The notes beneath the pieces are model-generated. The model saw nothing but the letters and a program-made list of their open reading frames with translations. It did not search any database and had not been told where the DNA came from. Of a stretch of DNA of 64,000 nt, positions 39,421-50,135 are shown piece after piece; the stretch's first letter is position 1; every line of letters starts with the position of its first letter. Both the position numbers and the translations under genes were made by a program. Origin of the DNA: Antedon mediterranea (lineage: Eukaryota; Animalia; Echinodermata); NCBI RefSeq assembly GCF_964355755.1, contig NC_092678.1:18121365-18185364 (forward strand), given 5' to 3'.

Positions 39421-39462
39421 TTGCACTGATGAAGGGCTAGTGTTGGCCGAAAGCTCTGCTAA
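39421..39462 (+). ncRNA. Minimal type I hammerhead ribozyme motif (Penelope-like-element associated)
   Basis: ttGCA-CTGATGA-ag-GGCTA-gtgt-TGGCC-GAAA-GC-TC^-TGCtaa: core boxes, stem II, palindromic AGCT stem III and stem I GCA/TGC. Confidence 0.6.
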
Positions 39463-42116
39463 CTTTTCTGACTGTTTTACTTATCGTTTTGATTTAGCTT
39501 TCTCTTTTTTTTGTATCTCCATTGAGATCCAGCCACAGCATTGTCATTTTTTCAGTAATTTGCCTTTGGATTTATAAATCAATACATACTTTAATGTCCA
39601 ATCATACTCAATTCATTCTATTGAATGTTTTAAGTAGAATTGGGCAATTGTAATAATTCATAATTATATTATTAGACCTATGTACAGAAAAATGAAAGAA
39701 ATGTATCGGTTCAAATATATACAGCCCAAACAACACATTTGAAATGTAACACAAACACACACACCCCAGACCCACTGTAGGTACAGAACATTCATTCTTA
39801 GCCACCCGGTGATATAATTTAATTAACTAATTATTTTAAAACGATCATGTAATGAGGAAATCTGTGAGAATAAGAAAAATTTAGGAACCCTCGCTTGATA
39901 TGCTGGTGCTTTCATAGTGTTTTTCAAATTCGACTGGGCATAATCAACAAACAAAAGCCCTAATGAGGTTTCGTAAAATAATACAGTGATATTTTATTTT
40001 ACAAATACAATCAATTTTAGGATTTTCTTATACATAATAGTTTGGTTCTTTATCAGTATTGGATAGTGTAATAAATGGTCATTAATATTATACATAGAAA
40101 TTATTTATTTAATTATAAATAGAAAATTAGGCCATATCAAATACCAGTGAACATCCGTTTAGCCCGTTTGAAATTCAATCAAACCTATTTGGTTAATAAT
40201 AATTTAATGAGTTCAGAATGTATACCTTTTTATCCGCATACGATATTTGACTATGTATTTATGTAAATTATTTGATATGTTTTCCAATAAACAATGTACT
40301 GATTTTTGTTTTAACACTTTGCAATGATGAATGATAAAAGGGTCTATTTTTTGTAATTGATTTGGGTATTTGTAACTTTCCATAGCTCTCTGTTTTTTAC
40401 TTTATTCACATGCCGATATGAATGTCCTGGAGTCCAATCGGTCATTTACGAAAACAGAATACACTGTAATAAGCATGATTTGCATAGAATTCTCATAAAA
40501 TCCTGTGTTTATATCTCAAAGGTCACTAAACAGTCCCAGAAGACAGATCATTCAAGGTTATGATATGAATGGTGAACTAGCAAATAGCTCAACATTTTGA
40601 TTACAAAATGCTTAATTTAAACACAAAGGAGAATGTACATAGGTATACAACTCCCTGGGTAGACATTCTGTGAACACCACTACTCGTAGATTTGAATGTA
40701 TAGATAGATAAACAATATATAATGTGATGATCAATGAAGAATGATAATCTCATGTAAAATCGAAACCTTGCATTGAATTGACAATGATTTTTAATACAAC
40801 AAATTCAATCAAGGTGCTTGATATAAATATTCTTTTACATTTCACATTAACATTATACCGACGATAATGATGGTGTATAATTATATGTGACTTGGTGGAG
40901 ACTCTTACCCCAACCCGGTTTATAAATTACAATTCCGTCTGCTGTATTGCTTATTGTTATTGGATATACTCTTGTTTTTAAACCGTAAATATTAAAAAAA
41001 CGACGAACTCTTTCATGGTAAAGAAATAACCATCATCCATACAAAAAGATAGATCTCGCAGATTTTTCTTTGTTTAAAGGTTCATGTACAAAAATAAGGA
41101 AAAACTGGCATTTAGGGGTAATGTTGTATCAAAATAATCTGATTTAAAGTGTACATTTGAACCATCTCAAGGATGTATGGTATGTGGATGTTGGTTGAGA
41201 ATGAGAGGATGAGCTGAGGTGGGGTTGGTGGTTAGATGGGGATTCAGAGATAATGAATCAAAATGAATTCTTCTGTGAAGGATTTAACCTGTGATTTCAA
41301 TCATTGCAATCATGCATGGTCTCCATGAAGCAAATAACTCCCACCCTGGGGCAGGTATTTGTGTCTGCTACCTTCTAATAAATATAAGAAGTCTGACAGT
41401 TTAGCATACCAGATGATTTTAATGCATTTTTATTTTATACTTTACTTTTAACTTTATTAAATTGTACAATCATTTTCATAAATCATAATAAATAAATAAG
41501 TCTATATGCAGACTTTTGTACTAGGTTCTCCCAACCAAAGGGCCAATAAATTTACCTGTCATGGACACTTGTTGTGTGCTATACCAATTAAGGGATTGTG
41601 ACTTAAAGTAAGATGTCATCTTTTTTGTGGCACGCCTAATTGGCGACAGAAGCTGTGTTAGCCTCTTTTGTTGCTCCATGGCGCAAAATCTAGCTATTTT
41701 TTGTATTGTTATGTTTGTATAATTGTTTTTGCCGAAATTAATAAAATAAAATATAATAATCTAAATTTCTTCTTAAAGATGATGAGTTATTTCAGTTTGA
41801 TCAAAAACTAACTCATATATATCAAAGTTATGCGATGAGGTCATAATTGCTACACCCATTTTACAATCTTAGTTTGTGTACATTTTATCATCGAGTTGAA
41901 CAACAACTAAAATACAACTGTATCACACATTCATCAAACAATACTGTATAAGTAATAATAATCCCTTCTACATTGTAGTTGTGGGCCCTGTACTCTGCTA
42001 AAGTTACTTTAAATACACGTAATACATTTGACATATGCCTACAATCATGTACTGTACGTGTACTTGAACAAAGCATGTATTTGTGTTTATTCTGCATGTT
42101 GTCAACCCCGATATCT

Positions 42117-42310
42117 ACTCGCAGTTTCCGACTCGCAACTCGCACTTTCCGACTCGCAACTCGCACTTTCCGACTAGCAACTCGCAGTTTCTGACCCGCA
42201 ACTCGCACTTTCTGACTCACAATTCGCACTTTCCGACCCGCAACTCGCACTTTCTGACTCGCAATTCGCACTTTCCGACTCGCAACTCACACTTTCCGAC
42301 CCGCAACTCC
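42117..42310 (+). repeat. 21-bp minisatellite cgcactttccgactcgcaact x ~9
   Basis: Direct tandem units; the source of the spurious repetitive ORFs here. Confidence 0.93.
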
Positions 42311-43609
42311 TAATAGGAGTTATCGCGGGAAAAACGAATACTGTAAGCCTATACTACAATGAATCATAATTTATCTGGACTCAAGAAAATAATTGAGAAG
42401 AATTGGGACAAGGTGGTGGTGATGGAACTGCAGTAATTTAATTTGATTCTATTTTTGTATCTATACATACTGCTCTTATTCCGTTCTCTCATTCGGCTAG
42501 GATTTTTGTCAAACAGTTCGTTTAATCTTTAATCATCAGGGTCTATGTGTACTTGATGTAATACTTTTTTGTATGGAATCTCTGCCTCGACCAAATGATG
42601 CTTTTTGTTTTTGTTTTTATTTTTATTACTATATTTTTGTTTATTAAATATACATATGTTGATGTTTGATTTTGGTAGAAATAAATGTTGAATTGAATGT
42701 TTGCGATATACTATGATATGACCTGATGCATATCTGATGCATATACAGTATATACACTTTTAGTACTGAGTGCCTATATTATTTGTACGTGTCATCTAGT
42801 TGATGAGCCTAGTACAGTATAATAATATATAGAATACAAATCTAACATTCTTCAAAATTCTATGATGTGGGTAACATGGGTACCTTACTGTCAAACTACT
42901 TTACATTGCATTCGTTTATCATGAACGGATTGTGATTGACTTTCCAGTCCGCGAATGTCCTTGCCTGTTGGAATTTGATTTACAAGCGTGATTGATTTTG
43001 ACGGTAGCTTACCATTGAAAAGACCAAAAAACATTCTAGCACACGCTGTCGTCCCTGTATCACGCTCAGAACTTGCTGCTCAAAAACTTTTTGTCATCGA
43101 AACTGTAGGCCTACTGAAATATTATTTAAAAGTTCCTGAGTGACCTTTTCTGTTTCATCAATTGTTCGACTTCTTCAAATACAGTGAGTAATAATAGAAC
43201 ATTTGTATTATATTAATTTGAACAACATTTTACAATTATTAAAACAGTACTGTATTACTGTAACTATGAATGTAAATAGTAATACTCTAATAAACAGCAC
43301 CCGCCATTCCAAGATATACACTGGTCCCAACATTGCTTCGGTGATTTGACGAGAACTGGTGTTTCAAAGTGTGTATATGAATTACCGTCTGACTGATTTT
43401 GGACGGAGATGCACACATAAAATTGGATGTCTCTTCCTCGTTTTCAAAATAATATTTTAAAAATCTTATTTAGTATTATTAAAATAATTATTTCAAATGC
43501 ATAATTGCTTGTTTTATCTTGCTAATAGGGAAGCAAGAGGCTTTTGATTATATATTTTTCACATGAGATAAAGTATTCTGTTGATGCACAATGTTTGTAC
43601 ACTTTGCAG

Positions 43610-44476
43610 TTTCAGCTAGAAGATCATGGACCGGAATGACGGAGGCCACATGTGAAAATAAAATAAAATCTTGGCTGAAATACAGCAAGGACAGAGCTGG
43701 GGGAAGAAAACTTAGGGAACAAAAGAAGAAAGGTCAGTTCAATAGTTAAATTTAGTATTTAAAGATGTTTGTACTTTACTTGTAAATCAGGTATCAAGTC
43801 ATTTTAAACCACCATCATGACGGCAACAACAATAATCCATGCTGGTGGTTATTTATTACGACTACTAATTTTCAAACTAGAATTTAATTCGTCTCTTTAA
43901 CGAATTATAAGTGATGTCATTTTATAATTTTACTGACATTTATTTTAAAACAAATCATGCACTTACGTTAAAATACCATCGCAAAATGTTGATACTGTAT
44001 AATTATGGCATCTTTTGACCTGATGCATTTACGCTTATAGTGCTGAGTTATAATTATCTACAGCATATGTACATCTATATACAATGTAGCATAGGTGAAA
44101 TTACGGGACCCACATTATGTTCTATTTTTTTTGGTATGATGGCGTTATCAAAGTAAACATGAAGATGATGAATTGAGCAAAAAGATAAAAGATTTGGAAT
44201 AAAATTAATTGGGCACGTAAAAGGGCGGCGGTGCGCGCTTTTTGAAATTTGTACAACTTTTACTAAAAACTAACATTGTGTTAAATAAATTGCAATGCGA
44301 TAAGCTTTCTACTATAGCTTATGGTTTGTAATCACTATGTGTGTATTTAGTAAACGTATATAATTTACAGTTAATTGACAATAACTTGCTTTTCTTTTCT
44401 CTTTGTAGCAGCTGCAGCAGCAGCAAACACCGACGAAGCCGAAGATACCATAGATGATGATGAACTTTTTATTTGA
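43610..44476 (+). pseudogene. Last two exons of a DUF4806-like transposon accessory gene
   Basis: Exon ~43610-43732 encodes SARRSWTGMTEATCENKIKSWLKYSKDRAGGRKLREQKKK (WL..DR.GGR motif) with donor G|GTCAGT; the phase-matched exon 44409-44476 encodes AAAAAANTDEAEDTIDDDELFI-stop. Confidence 0.55.
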
Positions 44477-45109
44477 ATTGTTGGTTATCCGTATACTGGA
44501 TGCTTTTACGGCATCATATTGCCAGTAGATTTTGTAAAATAGGATTTGTTTTTTCTTTGGTACTATTATTCATATTTAAAAGAGCGCATCTCGCTTATCG
44601 ATACCCCATTTCTCCCAGCTTTAAATATTTTCTTATTCAATAAATCATTCCTCGCATGAGTAGTAAACTTTTTAATTTTGATGACCTCATTATGTCTCAA
44701 CATTTGAACAACATGGGTTAATTAATTTAATCTATATAGTAAATTGTAATCTATAGCCCCTCAGGATGAAAAGTGGCCCTCATGATTAAATGTGTGCTCA
44801 AATTAACTTCCGAATTGATGAAATGTTAAAAACTTGATTAAAATGTAATCAAACGTTGCAATTAATTATACATTTTTACATTCTTAAGAGACGAGTTCAA
44901 ATCTATATAGTTTATTTGATTTTTAATTGTCTAGTTTTTAAATGTTTTACTTAAATTGTTTATCATTAAATAATTATACCTTTAATAAAAACAATTTCCA
45001 ATCCAATATTTGCAGAGTAACCGGCATTATTTAATTGTTAAGTTTCATTCATATTCATTCGATGGTACAATCTATTTACTACGGTGAATCGATGTAAATT
45101 AACACAGCT

Positions 45110-46065
45110 ACTCCAACACGTTGTGCTCACGCATAACCGACGAATACAAAATACGATGACCGACGTAATCTATGACTTTAAGCCGACGTTGACCCAACAC
45201 ATTGGGCGAACTAATGCCCAACGAAGAACAATTACGTTAAACCAACGTCATCAAAAGTTGTTAGACCAATGTAATATAAATGACGTTAAGCCGACATCAA
45301 CCCAACACGTTGAGCCAACCTAGACACGACAAATAAAAAAATACGTTGAACCAACGTCATCAAAAGTTATTAGACCAACGTAATGTATATGACGTTAAGC
45401 CGACGTCAACCAAACACATGTCGGGCCAACATCGTTAAAAGATGTTAAGCCAACCATAAATGACGACGTTTGTCCGACGTTGCCCGAACACGTTGTTGCA
45501 ATGTCTGTCCAACGCGTTGGGCCCACTAAGGGCCGATGTAAAAAATAACGTTGGGCCTACGTTGGTAAAAGTAACGTCGGGCCTACGTCGGTAAAAGTTG
45601 TTAAGCCAACCATAAATAACGACGTTTGTCCGACGTCGCCCCAACACGTTGTTCCGATGTCTGTCCAACGCGTTGGGCCCACTAAGGGCCGACGGAAAAT
45701 ATTACGTCGGGCCTATGTCGCGGTATAAGATGTCGAGCCAACCATAAACGACGACGTTTGGCCGACGTCGCCCCAACACGTTGTTCCAATGTCTGTTCAA
45801 CGCGTTGGGCCCACTAAGGGCCGATGGAAAAAATTACGTCGGGCCTACGTTGGTAACAGTAACGTCGGGCCTACGTCGGTAAAAGATGTCAAGCCAACCA
45901 TAAACGACGACGTTTGGCCGACGTCGCCCCAACACGTTGTTCCGATGTCTGTACAACGCGTTGGGCCCACTAAGGGCCGATGGAAAAAATTACGTCGGGC
46001 CTACGTCGCCTAAAGTTGTTGGCCCAACGTAACTGTTGACCTTACGCCAACGTCGGTACAACGTG
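45110..46065 (+). repeat. Right subterminal repeat block (~130-160-bp units rich in CCGACGT/CCAACGT/GGGCC)
   Basis: agccaaccataaa..gacgacgttt..ccgacgt..aacgcgttgggcccactaagggccga occurs four times, with more diverged units upstream. Confidence 0.9.
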
Positions 46066-47319
46066 TGATTGCTAGCTGGGACGGGATCAGAAGAGATTTG
46101 AATGTGAGTGAAGTTAAATTAGAATGAAAACTATCTTGGAGAAATCTCAATTTAATTGCTTCCTGAATGTATCAAATTACTAAAGTCGACCACCTATAGA
46201 ATTTATTTATAAAAGAATGCAGTTAAAAGAGTTGTATTCATATCATGCCTATTTCAACATATTAATTAATAAGCAAAATAAAAGAAAATTGTTAGTCGTA
46301 TTATGAGTTAAGACCATTCGAAATACGTAGTTTTATTTTATACTTATGACATATGTGGCCATGACGGCGGCTAATGAGAAAGACATTATCTTTAAAAATG
46401 TTTTTATTTTTAATTCACGATTAATCGATCAAAGGTCATTATATTAATATTATAATTGGAATATTATTTTGGCGTAAAACATTGGTCTTTAGGAATGTCA
46501 GCACTGATCAACGTTACGTTGACATACTTCTCAGACGCCTCATTGTACTTTTTTAAATTTTACGTCACAATGTCTACAGTGACCACATCAATGTAAACAA
46601 ATGCAGTGGTTTTTGTTTCGTTGTTATTATAATTTGCCTCACACACTTCAATATAACGATCATAACTGACCAGATTCGAAATAAAATAATATTAATAACC
46701 TTTAATTACTATTTGTCATCTTTTTTAGTTAGGCTATAGACTAGTCGATAATCTATGTTATACCTCCATGAGTCAATAATGTTGGAGGCATAGCCTGTAT
46801 ATATGTACAATACGTGTGTATTATGTACATGCAGTTCATTACCATGTAAATCATATATCAGGCAAACGATCGAAAACAACGCCACAACTGAGCGATATTA
46901 ACATACAACAACCGCACGGATAACTACACTACTGTATAATTATATCACTCATCTTTTTTCTCTAAATCCCAGTTCTGTTCCGGTTGTCTAGTTAATTTAG
47001 AATAGTCTCGGCGAATCAGAAGTCGATACGAGGCAGAATTTCTACTTGGGTTAATTATCTCATCCCGCCTACTTATATGTAAATAAGCATGTTTCATTAT
47101 ATCATGGGTAAACTTAAATTAATTAAACATACATTTAACTAAATGGCTACGGTGAGCATAAATTGCAGTTTGTTTATTTTAGATTCAGAATTATATAGTA
47201 ATTCACAATATTTTTTGTAAATCTATTAAGAATATGAAAATCACAGAAGAACACATTTTAGTTTTTATAAATTAGTCATCCCTAACAACAAATGTAGTCG
47301 TCCACACATGCGTACTGCT

Positions 47320-47400
47320 TTATTTAGGTGCCATTTTGAGGAAAACATTTTGCTCGTCGAATCGTGTGCGAAGATTTACACAAAATTATAACGTTTAAAA
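47320..47400 (+). other. Putative non-coding first exon / promoter region of the SFMBT gene
   Basis: YY1-like GCCATTTTG at ~47330, local CpG enrichment and a donor AAA|GTAAGA at 47401. The first coding exon starts at an acceptor (49941), so an upstream exon is expected. Confidence 0.35.
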
Positions 47401-48596
47401 GTAAGATTTTCCTCATTTCCTTTTTTGCAGAAGTAATTAGGTTGGTCAAGTGTGTACTGGTGATATTTTTCTAGGGATGTATGATTTTATTTTGTCGTTT
47501 TTCAAAGTTTTTTCCTCACATTAGTTTGTATCTGACGACTGGCGGAAGGATATGTAATCTTCGAAGGGTTGTTATTTGGCGTTAACGTGAACTTAGTAAA
47601 CTTGAATAATTTAAGCATAATTCGTGTTTAGACTCTTAATCTTTTGATTATTTCATCTACCTTGACCTTCATTTATCAGTCAAAGTACTAATTTTATTTT
47701 ATAAAATCACTGTATATTATACAGTACGCAGTGTACATAATGATATATGGTTAGCGATGCTACTTTTTAGCGTAAGGATGTTTTGGGCGTAATGCGGCCA
47801 TAATAGCTAGCGTGCTACCTGGGAATTTTGATAAGGCTATTATTGTATGGGAGAGGTGGTTGTTATTGCATGTATCAAGTGTGCTTTTCCAACCAAAATT
47901 AGTCATCTATAACTATAGGCAATTTTCTAGATAGTGTCTAAAAATAGTAGTAGTATATTTGTGTTTACCTTTGTCTGATTTTGTATGTTATAATTTTGTG
48001 CAATCCTCTAAGAAAAGATCAAATAATTACAATGAGTTAGGCTATGTTTTATGGAAATGGGCCTATTTATTCTAAGTATACTTGATTTTGGAATAATCCC
48101 ATTTTTTTTTAATGAAGAGTAGACTGATTTTGTTCATTCACAAGTGTTTATTAAGGATATTATAAGCAACACTAAAGTAAAAATATGTTGAATTGAGTTA
48201 GTTCAATGACTGTAATAATAATCTGTAGGTCCTCCTACTTTTAATTCAATTTATGCCTAAACAATCATTATAAATATCACTTAATCAGATCGTGTATTTA
48301 GAATTAAAATAAAACTGTTCGTGCTACTGTACCGATGTATAATATGAATTAATATTTTTAACTGATCCAACATTGGTAAAATTTGACATCACTGAAATTA
48401 ATGGTACACAAATGTTTACAGGCCTAGCTATTATAAATTCAGACCCCGACCTTATATATAACCTGTAGACAATTATTTGTAGTATATTATAGTACAGTAT
48501 ATTAATACATATCAACGTTATAAATTAAAATTGATCTAAACATTTATTGACCATACATTGGAAATTACTAAATTTAAGTAAAAGAAACAGATTGTT

Positions 48597-49294
48597 AACT
48601 AGAAAGCCACTCTGAGAGTGCGTACCTCCGCCTACTGTAAAATTCTCCTACATAAGATTTCTCCGGTAAAAAAAAATATATAGGCCTATATATATTTGTG
48701 TGTGTCTTAATGCTGTTTGTGATTTAGGCTAATTTCACTACAAGCATGTGTATGCGAGTTTGGTGTAATGATAACCATTACACCAAACTCGCATACACAT
48801 GTAACAAGCCTTTCAATTAACAATAGCTTCAGTTGACTAACAGTAGGACAGCAACGCGAAAATCAAACGAGTGAATTTGAAAAGATTTGAAAAAATTTTG
48901 CCGAAAAAAAATTTGGCATCAAAAAACGTGCACATTAAATCAAATTATGTTTTAAAATTACAAATCACAAATTATAACTCTTGCCTCTTGTACAAAAATG
49001 AAGTTTTTTGGACAAGTAGTTCTCGAGAAAATGCAATTTCAGTATACTTGTTACTTTAAGACTGCTCGCCGGCTTTTGAAAAATTCTGTCCTATCTTTTA
49101 ACACTAGCAGGTCTGAAAAGTGATCCAGAATTGGGACAATGGTCCCAACATTTAATGGAATGGTCCTTGACCACATATCTATCTGTATATTCATTTTGGT
49201 AAAGATCTTGTAATTACTTTTTGAGTAATCCTGCTAACAAACAAACAAACAAACACACGCTACCGATTACATATACCTCCTTGGCGGAGGTAAA
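48597..49294 (-). mobile_element. Helentron/Helitron2-associated non-autonomous element (HINE-like)
   Basis: Minus strand: TTACCTCCGCCAAGGAGG 5' end, (GTTT)n microsatellite, 3' subterminal IR GGCGGAGGTA, hairpin CACTCTCAGAGTG and TTCTAGTT end. Confidence 0.75.
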
Positions 49295-50027
49295 TTATAA
49301 ATTAATATATAAACAGCTAGCTATAATATAAATAAATAATTTAAAATCCAGAAAAGTATTTTAAAAATTTACATTAACCTGCACTGATATTCAAATAGTG
49401 TTTTTTATTAAAGATGTTGTCCCCCAAAAACATGAAATATGAAGATTAATAAAAAAAACAAAAACTGAATATAGGTTATTTTGCAGTTTTATATTATAAG
49501 TTGATCATTTCATAGAAAAAAAAACTTAAAATATAATGCTTTTAAAAAAATAAATAAATAAATGATAGATTCAAATTCAACCCACATTAACTTTCATTAA
49601 ATTTGACTATTTTTGTTTGCTTTTAATTACAGTTTTTTTCAGGTAAATAATTTTCTTTCGATCCATTTTTGGTGAAAGTGAATAGCTAATTTAAAATGGC
49701 GTTCAACAAAATCATTGAAAACAATTTTTGCAGGGGGGGAGGGACGTTTATTCACTCTTTAACCTGTTTCAATGACATTTTTTGTAATATAACCCTTTTT
49801 GGGTAAATCATATCACTCTTTTCAACACTCTAAAACAAATTATATCCATAGGCCCACGTTTTACAATAAAAAATCTATTTAAAGTTAAAACTGCAGTTAT
49901 GCAGTAAACTTTAATCTCTGATTTTTTTTTTTCATCTTAGAAAGACAATCAAATCGATTGTTGAAGTTGATGGTCAAAGATGTTAGTGAATCTTAAAGAA
50001 GCTTTTTAGAAGATAACAATAGTTAAG

Positions 50028-50135
50028 ATGCAGAACCAAGGGAAGATGCAGAACCAGGGGAAGATGCAGAACCAGGGGAAGATGCAGAACCAGGGGAAGA
50101 TGCAGAACCAGGGGAAGATGCAGAACCAGGGGAAG
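50028..50135 (+). repeat. Coding 18-bp tandem repeat (MQNQGK)x6
   Basis: atgcagaaccaggggaag repeated six times at the ORF start. Confidence 0.95.

Larger units (their letters stand above)
31781..46080. mobile_element. 14.3-kb non-autonomous CMC/EnSpm-type DNA transposon
   Basis: 13-bp TIR CCCAGCTAGCAAT (31781-31793) / ATTGCTAGCTGGG (46068-46080), 2-bp TSD AC (31779-31780, 46081-46082), and ACGT-rich subterminal repeat blocks at both ends. Confidence 0.82.

Noticed and set aside
41888-42313. Repetitive ORFs (RVASRKV)n / (FPTRNSH)n
   Set aside because: By-products of a 21-bp minisatellite that is open in several frames.
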